Shown here piece by piece: positions 39,309 to 49,719 of a stretch of 64,000 nucleotides of DNA. The notes beneath the pieces were generated by a model. It was not told the DNA's origin. It did not search any database and saw only the letters and a list, made by a program, of their open reading frames with translations. The number at the start of each line of letters is the position of its first letter. Within the stretch, counting starts at the first letter, position 1. The DNA comes from Nitrospirota bacterium (GTDB lineage Bacteria; Nitrospirota; Nitrospiria; Nitrospirales; Nitrospiraceae), in contig CAVPBK010000011.1 in NCBI GenBank assembly GCA_963701855.1, forward strand, positions 96,001 to 160,000, given 5' to 3'. Position numbers and translations under genes: made by a program.

Positions 39309-39554
39309 ATGTACAGAACGTTCATCATCGTCGCGGCCTTATTGGTCCTAGGGCTCACACAGGCAGCAGCCTCATCGACCGCTGCCGACAATCCTAAGAC
39401 AGGGGATGGCAAAGGCATCACCGTAGACGATCTTGGACGAGGGCTGAAGAGCGCGGCCAACAATGTCGAGAAAGAGATTCCGAAAATCGGGTCTGCGATT
39501 GGAAATGCAGTCAAAAAAATCACGGAAAAGGGATCTGAAAAATCGACGAAGTAG
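39309..39554 (+). CDS. Small exported hypothetical protein
   Basis: GAGG SD, signal peptide MYRTFIIVAALLVLGLTQA. Confidence 0.7.
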   Translation: MYRTFIIVAALLVLGLTQAAASSTAADNPKTGDGKGITVDDLGRGLKSAANNVEKEIPKIGSAIGNAVKKITEKGSEKSTK

Positions 39555-39739
39555 CGTATGTCAATCCCCTCTCACAGGATGCTCAGCACATTCCTAATCA
39601 GACGACGACCGTTATTGCGTGTGTCTCCTGTGCCTGGTTAAACTAAATCAACTAGATACACCAAAATCCCGATCAGCTAGATTAACTAGTCTTGCCTGTT
39701 CCGTCTGTCTCAATAGCTTTCTTTTTTTTACAAAAATTC

Positions 39740-39774
39740 GGCTCCACAGCTTCTGTGGGTAACTCTGTGGATGA
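39740..39774. promoter_or_regulatory. Cluster of DnaA-box-like 9-mers
   Basis: TGTGGGTAA (39754) and TGTGGATGA (39766), each one mismatch from TGTGGATAA, plus an inverted weak box GGCTCCACA. Confidence 0.45.
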
Positions 39775-40075
39775 GAGGGTTGTCTTGATGAAAATGACCT
39801 ATGCTGATAGACCTCGCAGCGGTTTGCCTAAGAAATAGGCATTGTGTCCTGCCCAATTTCGCCCCCATATTTTGTGGCTTGACGAATCGATTTTTCCCTT
39901 CTTTCACCATCGATGGTTCATTCGTGCTTCTGCACTGAGTGCTTACTTGAATCAGACATCTCGATGTGGGGTGCTGGAAATAATTCCACATGTCACAATC
40001 ACTCAGCGGCTGTCCAGCCATGAGAGGAGCACACGCGGCTTCGTACATGGGTATCTGACGCCGTCTGGGGCTGCG

Positions 40076-41416
40076 CTAACTGGCGAGGAAACGTTCGAGA
40101 AAGGTAGTCGAAACGTGGCCCTTTTGGAAGTCGGGGTCGTTGAGGATACGTTTGTGCAGTGGAATGGTCGTCTTGATACCTTCGATCACGAATTCGTCGA
40201 GGGCTCGGCGCATGCGGGCGATGGATTCCTGCCGGTCCCGACCATGGGTGATGATCTTGGCGATCATCGAATCGTAGAACGGAACGACCGTCATGTTCGA
40301 TTCCATCGCCGAGTCGACGCGCACACCGAATCCGCCTGGCGCGCTGTATCTGGTGATCGTGCCGGGACAGGGGGTAAATTTTTCCGGGTCTTCGGCGTTG
40401 ATGCGGCATTCCATGCTGTGTCCGCTGAGCTTGACGTCTTGCTGTTTGAACGAGAGGGATTGCCCGTCCGCGAGGCGAATCTGCTCCTTGATGAGATCGA
40501 TGCCGGTCACCATTTCGGTGATGGCGTGCTCCACCTGGATGCGGGTGTTCACTTCCATGAAAAAGAAGTTGCGGTCCTTGTCGAGCAGGAACTCGACGGT
40601 ACCGACATTTCGATAATGCACGGCTTTGACGGCTTCGACGGCAACGCGGCAGATTTCCCGACGGAGTTTTTCATCGACGGCGGGCGACGGCGTCTCTTCG
40701 AGCAGTTTCTGATGCCGGCGCTGGATCGAGCAGTCACGCTCGCCGAGATGCACGACATGCCCACGATGGTCGGCGATGATCTGCACTTCGATATGGCGGG
40801 GCTCGAGAAAATATCGTTCAAGATAGACGGCATCGTTGCCGAACGTGGTCTTCGCCTCCGCTTGCGCGGCTTGAAATGCGCGAGCGAGGTCTTCAGCTTT
40901 GTTGACGACGCGCATGCCGCGTCCTCCCCCACCGGCTGAAGCTTTGATGATGACGGGATAGCCGATCTTGCCTGCGGCATCGAAGGCTGCTTGTTCGCTC
41001 TTCAGCTCACCGGGACTGCCTGGCGTAACTGGTAAGCCACGGCGGGCGACGATTTCTCGCGCTTTGGCTTTGTCTCCCAGAAGAGCGATATGTTCGGATG
41101 TGGGGCCGATGAATTTGACGCCGATAGACTCGCAAACTTCGGCGAAGTGGGCGTTCTCGGAGAGGAATCCATAGCCGGGATGGATGGCGTCCGCTCCGGT
41201 AATCTCTGCTGCGCTCAAGACGTTGGGAATATTTCTGTAGCTGAGCGCCGCATCGGGAGGTCCGACGCAGATCTTCTCGTCGGCTGCGCGCACATGCAGG
41301 CTCGCGGCATCGGCCTCGGAACAGATCGCCACGGTCTTAATGCCGAGTTCCTTACAGGCTCGAATGACGCGGAGTGCGATCTCACCGCGATTCGCTATTA
41401 ATACTTTCTTGAACAC
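40076..41416 (-). CDS. accC: Acetyl-CoA carboxylase biotin carboxylase
   Basis: [39 protein letters not shown]. Confidence 0.96.
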   Translation of the reverse strand: MFKKVLIANRGEIALRVIRACKELGIKTVAICSEADAASLHVRAADEKICVGPPDAALSYRNIPNVLSAAEITGADAIHPGYGFLSENAHFAEVCESIGVKFIGPTSEHIALLGDKAKAREIVARRGLPVTPGSPGELKSEQAAFDAAGKIGYPVIIKASAGGGGRGMRVVNKAEDLARAFQAAQAEAKTTFGNDAVYLERYFLEPRHIEVQIIADHRGHVVHLGERDCSIQRRHQKLLEETPSPAVDEKLRREICRVAVEAVKAVHYRNVGTVEFLLDKDRNFFFMEVNTRIQVEHAITEMVTGIDLIKEQIRLADGQSLSFKQQDVKLSGHSMECRINAEDPEKFTPCPGTITRYSAPGGFGVRVDSAMESNMTVVPFYDSMIAKIITHGRDRQESIARMRRALDEFVIEGIKTTIPLHKRILNDPDFQKGHVSTTFLERFLAS

Positions 41417-41449
41417 GCAAATGCTCCGATGTGGGTCGCAGGAAGAGGA

Positions 41450-42022
41450 TTACGATGTAGCTGTCGGATCGACAAGGAAGAGCGCCTGTCCATATTCCAC
41501 CGGCTTGGTACTTTCGGCCAGAATTTTCATGACCCGACCATCCACCTCCGACTCGATTTCATTCATCAACTTCATCGCTTCGACAATACATAGAACCTGG
41601 CCCTTTTTCACATAATCGCCTTCGTCAACATAGGGGTCGGCGTCCGGCGAGGGGGACCGATAGAACGTCCCGACGATCGGGGACGCGATGGTGATCATGC
41701 CGGTCGTGTCTTCGGTCTTTGTGCCTGTTGTGGCAGACAGTTGCGCTGTGAACGCTGAGACGGCTGTCCCCTGCTCAGAGACCGCAGCCGTAATCGTTCT
41801 CGGCCCGGTTTCGTGCCGCACGCGGACTCTGAGGCCTTTCCACTCCATCTCCATTTCGGTCAGGTTGTTCTTCTTGAGCATGTCGATCAGTTCTTGAACC
41901 TGCTTGGCCTGTTGTCCCGACAGTACGGGTGCCCCCTGTCCGCTTTGGGTTGGGGTAACAGCCTGCGGGAGGATGATCGGTCTCCTACCCTTCTTCGACT
42001 TGCTGGAGGCCTGCTTGCTCAC
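41450..42022 (-). CDS. accB: Biotin carboxyl carrier protein
   Basis: [15 protein letters not shown]. Confidence 0.95.
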   Translation of the reverse strand: MSKQASSKSKKGRRPIILPQAVTPTQSGQGAPVLSGQQAKQVQELIDMLKKNNLTEMEMEWKGLRVRVRHETGPRTITAAVSEQGTAVSAFTAQLSATTGTKTEDTTGMITIASPIVGTFYRSPSPDADPYVDEGDYVKKGQVLCIVEAMKLMNEIESEVDGRVMKILAESTKPVEYGQALFLVDPTATS

Positions 42023-42579
42023 CGAACACGCTCCACATATTCTCGTGTACGGGTATCGATCCTAATGACGGTCCCGGTTTCCAAATAGAGTGGAACCTTA
42101 ATGGTGGCACCGGTTTCAAGAGTCGCAAGCTTGGTGCCGCCCGTAGCGGTGTCGCCACGAAAACCCGGCTCGGTGTCGCTGACTTTTAGCTCGATGAAGT
42201 TGGGCAGCTCGACGTCGATTGGGCGATGCTCATACACGAGAATTTTCACCGTCATGTCTTCTTTCAAGAGATCCGCATTTCCACCGAGCTTGCCCTTTTC
42301 GAACGTCAATTGCTCAAAGCTCTCCGTGTCCATAAAGGTATAGGCATCGTCGGTTGCATAGAGGAATTGCATCGTCCGTTCTTCGAGATCAGGCTCCTCG
42401 AACCGTTCTCCTGATCGGAAGGTACGATCCAGGACATTACCTGACAGATAGCTCTTGAGCTTGGTGCGTACGAAGGCTCCACCCTTGCCGGGTTTTACAT
42501 GTTGAAACTCAACGATATAAAAGGGCTGGTTGTCCACCATGAGGCGCACGCCACCGCGAAAATCGGTTGTGGAAATCAC
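42019..42579 (-). CDS. efp: Elongation factor P
   Basis: [17 protein letters not shown]. Confidence 0.96.
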   Translation of the reverse strand: MISTTDFRGGVRLMVDNQPFYIVEFQHVKPGKGGAFVRTKLKSYLSGNVLDRTFRSGERFEEPDLEERTMQFLYATDDAYTFMDTESFEQLTFEKGKLGGNADLLKEDMTVKILVYEHRPIDVELPNFIELKVSDTEPGFRGDTATGGTKLATLETGATIKVPLYLETGTVIRIDTRTREYVERVR

Positions 42580-42626
42580 TCGATACTCCCTTCAAACTGT
42601 AAGCCGGTCGTTGGACCGTACTGCAA

Positions 42627-43127
42627 TTATCTCGTTCCTTTTACCGCCCGTCGCGATGTCGCTGAGGTGGAGGTTTTCTTCTGGCGTCTTGATACGGTTA
42701 GATGGTCGTGCAACCCACGGAGTGCCAGGAGATAGCCGGTCGGACCCAAGCCGGAAATTTGTCCGATGGCGACTCCTGCGATATAGGACCGATGGCGAAA
42801 TTCTTCCCGCTGATGAATATTGGACAGATGCACTTCAATGGTCGGCAGACCGACCGCTGCAATGGCATCCCGGATTGCGATACTGGTATGCGTGTAGGCA
42901 GCAGGGTTAATGATAATCCCATCGTATCCCGTCCCAGCCTCTTGAATCCAGTTGACGAGTTCACCCTCGCTATTCGATTGGCGCAGATCTACCTCCACGG
43001 CCAGCTCTTCCGCTAACTTCATGATGGCTGAATCTATGGCATCGAGGGTAAGGGTGCCGTATATGGACTGTTCCCTGGTCCCGAGAAGATTGAGATTGGG
43101 GCCGTGTAAGACTCGTATTCGTAGCAT
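42627..43127 (-). CDS. aroQ: Type II 3-dehydroquinate dehydratase
   Basis: [27 protein letters not shown]. Confidence 0.96.
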   Translation of the reverse strand: MLRIRVLHGPNLNLLGTREQSIYGTLTLDAIDSAIMKLAEELAVEVDLRQSNSEGELVNWIQEAGTGYDGIIINPAAYTHTSIAIRDAIAAVGLPTIEVHLSNIHQREEFRHRSYIAGVAIGQISGLGPTGYLLALRGLHDHLTVSRRQKKTSTSATSRRAVKGTR

Positions 43128-43233
43128 GTCTTTCAATCGCATACTGGATATGCGAGGACGATTCCACGCGACCGGGTCCAGCAGGGCGGCATTGTAGCAG
43201 TCCGCCTCAGACCGGTCAAACGTGTGAAAAATA

Positions 43234-44070
43234 TTATGAAACCTTGGAGTGTGGTTCGATCGCTGTGTCAGGATCGTGACGACGTGATTCGATGCGGCGA
43301 AGCCATAATTCCAGCTGTACTACAGCTTTAGCATGAGGCGATGGAGGAAGCATCTCCACAGTGTCAGCAGCTCGGGAATCCTGCTCCGCGACCATAGGGT
43401 GTTCCCCTATCCGATCCTGAGGGGAAAGGCCTGTCTCCATAAGAAACGTTTCCACACTCATGGGCTCGACAGAAGCGATCGCCGATTCGTCCACTGTTGA
43501 GGCAGTCGAGTCTGGCACCGCAATCGTCTTTGTGGCAGCGACTGGGAGTTCGGCAGGATCGGGCGGTGCATTTGCCGTTTTGGCGGAGAGATCATTGATG
43601 ACTGGAGCCGTCGGTTTTGGCCGCTCTTGTTCCTTCTTGTGTTTCAGCGGTCCGCCTAAAGCGGCTTGAACTGAGCGCGCTTCTTCATCACGTGGGTTGA
43701 CTGTGAGGATGACGGCACAGGATTGCAGTGCTGATTCGTTCAGCCCCTGGCTCTGGTAGATCTTGATCAAGGTTCGGTGCGCGCGCAGGTTTTCAGGACT
43801 CAACTTGACGGATTCTTCCAGAATGGCTCTGGCCTTCGTGGCCTGACCCATGTGGTCATATGCACGTCCGAGCGCGACCATGGCGGTAATGAATCCGGGA
43901 TACAGTTTCAGGCCATCTTCAAGGACGCCTGCGGCTTCCTGCCACATACCGACTTTTCCATACTCTTCGGCCAAGGGCATAAAGACCTTCGAGTGTGGAT
44001 CTTTGGCCAACTGGGTAGCCAGTCGATCGATTTCCAAGGCACTCTCGGCGGCTTGCTGATCCTGAGCCAT
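43234..44070 (-). CDS. Tetratricopeptide repeat protein
   Basis: N-terminal TPRs followed by a low-complexity linker. Confidence 0.8.
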   Translation of the reverse strand: MAQDQQAAESALEIDRLATQLAKDPHSKVFMPLAEEYGKVGMWQEAAGVLEDGLKLYPGFITAMVALGRAYDHMGQATKARAILEESVKLSPENLRAHRTLIKIYQSQGLNESALQSCAVILTVNPRDEEARSVQAALGGPLKHKKEQERPKPTAPVINDLSAKTANAPPDPAELPVAATKTIAVPDSTASTVDESAIASVEPMSVETFLMETGLSPQDRIGEHPMVAEQDSRAADTVEMLPPSPHAKAVVQLELWLRRIESRRHDPDTAIEPHSKVS

Positions 44071-44076
44071 AGGCTG

Positions 44077-45342
44077 CTAGCGTCCTCCTGCAACTGGCTT
44101 CGAGGCCTGGATAGATTGTCTGGTGTGGATTAATGTTTGCGCCCGGTTCAAGATCGCGTCGGCGAGTGCTCGTTTTGGCATCAGGGGCAGTTCGGTCATA
44201 CCCCCCTGCCGGTCAATCAATACGGCTGCGTTCTGATCGCTGCCGAATCCCGCTCCTTCTATCGTGACATCGTTGGCAACAATAAGGTCGAGCCCTTTCG
44301 CCTTCAGTTTCTCTTTCGCATGGACGATCAGATCGTTGGTCTCAGCAGCAAAGCCAACCATGAGTTGCGTGGTCCGTTGGGCAGATAAGGATGCCAGAAT
44401 GTCAGTAGTTCGTTCGAGATCGAGCGTCTGGGCGGTTCGTCCCTGTTTCTTTATTTTTTGCGAGGCAGGGTGTGTGGGACGAAAATCCCCCACGGCTGCG
44501 GCCATAATGACGGTGGTCGACCATGCCAGATGCGCGGACAGGGCCTTCAACATCTCTTCAGCCGTAACTACGGAAACAACCTCGACGCCTCTCGGAGTCG
44601 GTAGCGCTGTTGGACCAGTGACGAGAACCACCTGGGCTCCCCTTGCCTGGGCAGCTTCGGCGATGGCATAGCCCATCTTGCCGGAGGAGCGATTCGAAAT
44701 AAAGCGTACCGGATCGATCAGCTCTTGTGTCGGACCCGCCGAAACCAGCATACGCTGCCCTTGCCAATCGCGTTGTGGTGCCAGCGCCGCCTGAATCGCC
44801 TTCAGAATTGTGCCTTCCTCTGCCAAGCGGCCTTGACCGACCTGTCCGGAAGCAAGCGGACCTACTTCTGGATTCACCACGATTGTTCCCCTCGCACGCA
44901 GCGTCCCTATATGTTCTTGGACAGATGGATGCATCCACATCCCCCCGTCCATGGCGGGGACCACAATCAACGGGCACTCTGCTGAAAGGAGGATCGTCGA
45001 GAGAAGATCGTCGCCCAGCCCCAGCGCTGCCTTTGCAAGACAATTGGCCGTGGCTGGCGCAATGACGATGGCATCTGCCTGTGCGGGCAACGATAAGTGC
45101 TTCATCTCCTGATGCGCCTCGAACACATCCGTCGAGACTGGATAACCGGAAAGCACTTCAAACGTCAGCGGGGTGACGAACTTCGTGGCCGATTGCGTCA
45201 TCACGACGTGCACCACCGCTCCTTCACGGAGCAAGGTCCGGAGCAATGCAACCGCCTTATAGGCAGCGATGCTGCCGGTCACGCCGAGCACGATCTGCTT
45301 TCCGATCAACGTCGGCTCACTGAAGTCGGAGATCTTCACCAA
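44077..45342 (-). CDS. coaBC: Phosphopantothenoylcysteine decarboxylase/ligase
   Basis: GSIAAYKA, APATAN, DPVRFISNRSSGKMG. Confidence 0.96.
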   Translation of the reverse strand: MVKISDFSEPTLIGKQIVLGVTGSIAAYKAVALLRTLLREGAVVHVVMTQSATKFVTPLTFEVLSGYPVSTDVFEAHQEMKHLSLPAQADAIVIAPATANCLAKAALGLGDDLLSTILLSAECPLIVVPAMDGGMWMHPSVQEHIGTLRARGTIVVNPEVGPLASGQVGQGRLAEEGTILKAIQAALAPQRDWQGQRMLVSAGPTQELIDPVRFISNRSSGKMGYAIAEAAQARGAQVVLVTGPTALPTPRGVEVVSVVTAEEMLKALSAHLAWSTTVIMAAAVGDFRPTHPASQKIKKQGRTAQTLDLERTTDILASLSAQRTTQLMVGFAAETNDLIVHAKEKLKAKGLDLIVANDVTIEGAGFGSDQNAAVLIDRQGGMTELPLMPKRALADAILNRAQTLIHTRQSIQASKPVAGGR

Positions 45343-45351
45343 TGACTCCTT

Positions 45352-45708
45352 TTACTCCTCGCTCTCAGCCACCACCGGCTTCGGGGAATCGTCAACATAG
45401 ACGCTCAATTCTTTCTTGATCTCCTTTGCGTCGTCGCCGGTCATCAAGGCGATGCGTTCCATTTCGCCTTCCTTGCCTCGCTTCGCCTCCTTCATAGCAT
45501 CCCGCGCTTCCTGGCCAACGAGGTATGTGATTTTCCCCTGAAGAACCTCATCAAGAGCAATAGTCGTTTCTTTGGTGAAGCGTGAAGCGGCATGGCGCGA
45601 TCCCTGAACAATATGCTTTGCTCGCTGGGCTGTGATAATCGCCAGCCGGTGGCGCGAGTCAAATTCGCCCGCTGTGTATTGGGGCAAGAGTCTCAACATG
45701 TCGATCAT
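45352..45708 (-). CDS. rpoZ: RNA polymerase omega subunit
   Basis: SRHRL...AQRAK motif; gmk-rpoZ-coaBC synteny. Confidence 0.88.
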   Translation of the reverse strand: MIDMLRLLPQYTAGEFDSRHRLAIITAQRAKHIVQGSRHAASRFTKETTIALDEVLQGKITYLVGQEARDAMKEAKRGKEGEMERIALMTGDDAKEIKKELSVYVDDSPKPVVAESEE

Positions 45709-45728
45709 GGACGCGGTACTCCTTTAGG

Positions 45729-46439
45729 TTAGGGAAGATCTTTGCGATCTTCGGGTTTCTGTTCATCCCCAATGATGAAATTGCTCTCAAGCCACGACAT
45801 ATTCAACCGTTTTGTCTTCAAACGTTCCGACCAAAAGATGCTTTCGAGATCGTGAAGGGATCGTCCGAGGTCTTCGTTTCTGACAATATAGGCGTATTCC
45901 CGATAGCTCCATACCTCTTCTTTCACTTTGTGCAGTCGCCGTTGAATCTCTTCCGCAGTATCTGATGCCCTGGTTTGAAGCCTGGCCCGGAGCACAGTCA
46001 TCGAGGGAGGGAGAATAAAGATCGACACCGAATCCTCGAATCGTTTCTTGACCTGCATCGCCCCTTGCACATCGATCTCCAGTAACACATCGACCCCCTG
46101 GTCGATCTTTTCGTTCAGCGATTTCCACGGAGTTCCATAGAGATGTCCATAGACATGAGCCCACTCGACAAATTCATTTCGCGCGATCATCTCTCGGAAT
46201 GTCTCTTCTCCAATGAAGAAATAATCGTGTCCATGCGCTTCGCCTGGCCGCGGCTTCCTTGTGGTATAGGAAACCGAATGCCACAGTCCGGGGAGGTTCG
46301 CGGTGAGTTGCTTGCAGAGCGTGGTTTTCCCCGTCCCGGAAGGCGCGGAAATAATGAAAAGAATTCCCCGCCGATCCGTCGAGGGCCGTGGGGGGCTAGA
46401 TGCCGGTGCCGTGGAGCTGGTCGTGGTAGCTGAGTTCAT
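45729..46439 (-). CDS. gmk: Guanylate kinase
   Basis: SAPSGTGKT, YTTRKPRPGE, EIDVQGA. Confidence 0.96.
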   Translation of the reverse strand: MNSATTTSSTAPASSPPRPSTDRRGILFIISAPSGTGKTTLCKQLTANLPGLWHSVSYTTRKPRPGEAHGHDYFFIGEETFREMIARNEFVEWAHVYGHLYGTPWKSLNEKIDQGVDVLLEIDVQGAMQVKKRFEDSVSIFILPPSMTVLRARLQTRASDTAEEIQRRLHKVKEEVWSYREYAYIVRNEDLGRSLHDLESIFWSERLKTKRLNMSWLESNFIIGDEQKPEDRKDLP

Positions 46440-47314
46440 TCGACGTTCTGGACCTGTTCGCGAATGCGTTCCAATTCGGCCTTCATCTGGACCACATGAC
46501 CGGCAATTTCCGCATCGTTGGCTTTCGAGCCGATTGTGTTGACTTCCCGCCCGATTTCCTGAAGCAGAAAATCGAGCGTTTTGCCTACAGAGTCTGCACG
46601 GTTGAGCGTCTGCTCAAACTGTACCATATGCGAGTCCAACCTGACTATTTCTTCGGTAATATCACCACGGTCAGCGTACACCGCCAGCTCCTGATATAGC
46701 CGGGGGGGATCAGGGATTTCCGACCCTAGTAGTTTTTCCACACGACCCTTCATTTTGTCAAAGATCTCCTTGGCCAATAGCGGGGTCCGTGCGGCGACAA
46801 GAGTCTTATGTCCCCGGATTGTGTGAATCCGTGCGCTCATATCCTCTGCCAGGGCTTTCCCTTCGCGCATTCGCATGCCCTCAAGATCCGTCAGTGCCTG
46901 GACCGTCAGTTGTTGAGCGATCTTCGCTAGTTTCGGGTCTTCCGTCGGTTGATCCGATACCGACAACACATCACGGAGCCCAGCCATAAGCGCAAGATCG
47001 ATAGAGCCGCTCAGCTTCAGGGATTTCTTGAGGGTCCGGAGGGCCTGATGGTACTGTTTCGCTAGGGATTGGTCAAGAATGACGTTTTCAGCACGGCCCT
47101 TGCCGGCCTGGACCGTCACCGTAATGTCGATGCGCCCACGGGTACAGTGCTGTTGAACGGCTTTCTTGAAAGAGTCTTCCAGAGGGCTTAACGGCCTGGG
47201 CAGGCGGCAGGCAATTTCTAGAAATCGATGGTTGACGGAACGCATTTCCACCGTCACAAACCCATCCTGCCAGGGGGCCTGTCGTCGTCCGAAACCGGTC
47301 ATACTACGAATCAT
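46436..47314 (-). CDS. yicC: YicC/YloC family endoribonuclease
   Basis: MIRSMTGFG, SVNHRFL, REVNTIGSK, REQVQNVE. Confidence 0.94.
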   Translation of the reverse strand: MIRSMTGFGRRQAPWQDGFVTVEMRSVNHRFLEIACRLPRPLSPLEDSFKKAVQQHCTRGRIDITVTVQAGKGRAENVILDQSLAKQYHQALRTLKKSLKLSGSIDLALMAGLRDVLSVSDQPTEDPKLAKIAQQLTVQALTDLEGMRMREGKALAEDMSARIHTIRGHKTLVAARTPLLAKEIFDKMKGRVEKLLGSEIPDPPRLYQELAVYADRGDITEEIVRLDSHMVQFEQTLNRADSVGKTLDFLLQEIGREVNTIGSKANDAEIAGHVVQMKAELERIREQVQNVE

Positions 47315-47973
47315 TGGAGACCTTTTTCTTTCCATGGGCAATGCCGGTAGACCGGACATGTGGCGCACTGGGGTTTTCTGGCAAGGCAGACATAGCGGCC
47401 ATGCAGTAACAATCGTTGCGAGACAGCAGTCCATTGGGATTTCGGCAGGAGCTGCTGCAGGTCTTGTTCGACCAAGTCTGGATTGTCGGATCTGGTCAAT
47501 CCAAGTCGCTTCGCCACGCGCTTCACATGGGTATCGACGACGATACTGGGCTGGCTAAAAACAGTCCCGAGAATAACATTTGCCGTCTTTCTGCCGACCC
47601 CCGGCAAAGTGATCAACTCTTCCATCGTGTGCGGGACTTGTTCACTGAAGCGCTCGGTCACAGCTTTGCCGCAGGCGACGAGATGTTTCGCCTTATTCTT
47701 AAAGAAACCAGTGGAACGAATGAGCTGTTCAAGTTCAGGAAGATGCGCCGCAGCCAACTCTGCTGGTCTCCGATAATGCCGAAAGAGCGATGGAGTGACC
47801 TGGTTGACTCGCTGGTCGGTACATTGGGCGGAGAGGATCGTAGCCACGAGCAATTCCCAAGGCGAACGATGGTCGAGCTCCATTTTCGGGCTTGGCATGG
47901 TGTGCTGGAGCGTCTTTGCAATCTCTCGGAGGCGCTTCCGATAATCCAATGATGGCAGAGATTTCGTTGTCAT
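47311..47973 (-). CDS. nth: Endonuclease III
   Basis: LSAQCTD, LPGVGRKTA, VDTHV, C-x6-C-x2-C-x5-C. Confidence 0.95.
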   Translation of the reverse strand: MTTKSLPSLDYRKRLREIAKTLQHTMPSPKMELDHRSPWELLVATILSAQCTDQRVNQVTPSLFRHYRRPAELAAAHLPELEQLIRSTGFFKNKAKHLVACGKAVTERFSEQVPHTMEELITLPGVGRKTANVILGTVFSQPSIVVDTHVKRVAKRLGLTRSDNPDLVEQDLQQLLPKSQWTAVSQRLLLHGRYVCLARKPQCATCPVYRHCPWKEKGLQ

Positions 47974-48007
47974 GGATGGTGCCACAATGGGCCAATTGTG
48001 CAGCGGG

Positions 48008-49693
48008 TTACGGACGAGATGCAAGTGTGGGCACCGAGGCTGCCGATTTTTCGGAAGAACCATCCGGTGGGACAAGCGCGGCCAGCCGTTCTTCAAGGTG
48101 CTGAATCAGTGGGGACAAGGTCTCTGGGTTCAGAGCCGAGATCCCGATCGCACCGTAGCGTCGACAGAGGGCTTCCGCTTGTGCGGACGGAAGTCGGTCG
48201 CACTTATTGAACACCAGGACTCGCGGAAGCTGGTCGAGGGCAAGGCTTTGCAGCACGATGTCGACTGCTGCGATATGAGTGTCCAGATCTTTTGCCCCTG
48301 CATCGACCACATGCATGAGGAGGTCTGCATCGCGCAATTCTTCCAGCGTCGTTCTGAAGGCTGCGAGAAGATCTTTGGGCAGGTCGCGAATAAATCCAAC
48401 CGTGTCAGTGATAATGACTTCCCTGCCATGCGGGAAACGCAATCTTCGGCTGGTTGTGTCGAGCGTTTCAAAGACGCGTGCGGCTGCGCTTACCTGACTG
48501 TTCGTTAAGACATTAAGCAATGTTGACTTGCCGGCGTTTGTGTAGCCCACAATTGACAAGACTGGGAAGGGCTGTCGGCCGCGGCGTGATCGCCGTTGGT
48601 CTTGGTGACGGGCAAAGCCCTCGATTTCCCGATCCAAATGGTCGATGCGCTCTCTGATGCGACGACGATCCGTTTCGAGCTTTGTTTCACCGGGACCTCT
48701 GCTGCCGATGCCACCGCCCAAGCGTGAGAGGCTCGCACCCTGACCGGAGAGACGAGGGAGCAAATAACGAAGTTGCGCCAATTCGACCTGCACCTTGCCT
48801 TCTCGGCTATGCGCTCGCTGTGCAAAGATATCAAGAATCAGTTGGGTCCGATCGATGACAGTGAGGTCCGTGATCTCCTCAATGGCGCGCAGCTGCGCGG
48901 GAGCTAAATCTTGATCGAAGATAAGCAGGTCCGCGCCTTTTTGCATGGCTTGCATCAGCACGTCCTTGAGTTTGCCGCTTCCCAATTGGAACCGATGATG
49001 GCCGCTCTGTGTGCGTTGCACTAAACGGTCGATCACCGTGAGATCTGCCGAGGAGGCCAGTTCTGCCAATTCGGCGAGGCGCTCTTCTTGGTCGGCCTTG
49101 CTCTTGGGGGAGGCGCTCACGAGGATGGCGGTCTGCCCCTGAGCCATCGTGTGAGAACCGCTCTGGCGCTGAAGGTCTGCCTCCAATTCACGAATGAATG
49201 TCTCGAAGCTCACAGGACATTGATGAACCAAAGTGGGCTTCATGAGCGTATACAGCTGTCCATGAGGACTGGGTGGGTTCAAATGAGCCAGGGAGAGTAA
49301 CCCTGGTTCCCCCTTGGGCGTAACGGACATCGTTCCGATCATATCGAGTCGGAGTAGACCCAGTAGGGTGAGGTCTTCTTGAGTAAGGGGCAGTTCCTTT
49401 AGATGGGCGCGTATGAGACGAAGGCCCCGCAGAGATCGTGGGCTTGCGCGAAAGGTGGCCAAAGTCGTTGGCGATGGCTCGGTGCCGGCGCCGACCAGAA
49501 CGTCTTGAACAGCTCCGCGCCTGGTGATGACCAAGCCAATGGGGCGCCGAATTTCGTGCGTAAATTGCGCGAGAGTTTTTGCCGCTTCAGCCGAAAGGAC
49601 TTCATCTACAGACATACGCCGGCGATAGAGCCGCTCAAGCATTGTGAGCTGGCTGGCTCGGAGACCGAGAACCTGTCCGTGAATTTCTGGAAT
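48008..49693 (-). CDS. hflX: GTPase HflX (long form); start probably ATT at 49693, first ATG at 49642
   Basis: DRTQLILDIF, GPGETKLE, GYTNAGKST, DTVGF, NKCD. Confidence 0.94.
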   Translation of the reverse strand: MPEIHGQVLGLRASQLTMLERLYRRRMSVDEVLSAEAAKTLAQFTHEIRRPIGLVITRRGAVQDVLVGAGTEPSPTTLATFRASPRSLRGLRLIRAHLKELPLTQEDLTLLGLLRLDMIGTMSVTPKGEPGLLSLAHLNPPSPHGQLYTLMKPTLVHQCPVSFETFIRELEADLQRQSGSHTMAQGQTAILVSASPKSKADQEERLAELAELASSADLTVIDRLVQRTQSGHHRFQLGSGKLKDVLMQAMQKGADLLIFDQDLAPAQLRAIEEITDLTVIDRTQLILDIFAQRAHSREGKVQVELAQLRYLLPRLSGQGASLSRLGGGIGSRGPGETKLETDRRRIRERIDHLDREIEGFARHQDQRRSRRGRQPFPVLSIVGYTNAGKSTLLNVLTNSQVSAAARVFETLDTTSRRLRFPHGREVIITDTVGFIRDLPKDLLAAFRTTLEELRDADLLMHVVDAGAKDLDTHIAAVDIVLQSLALDQLPRVLVFNKCDRLPSAQAEALCRRYGAIGISALNPETLSPLIQHLEERLAALVPPDGSSEKSAASVPTLASRP

Positions 49694-49719
49694 GGACGTC
49701 GTTTCCTTATAGGCGTCGG

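Noticed and set aside
39842..40939. 365-aa plus-strand ORF
   Set aside because: Antisense shadow of accC with no motifs; the same applies to most overlapping ORFs in the track
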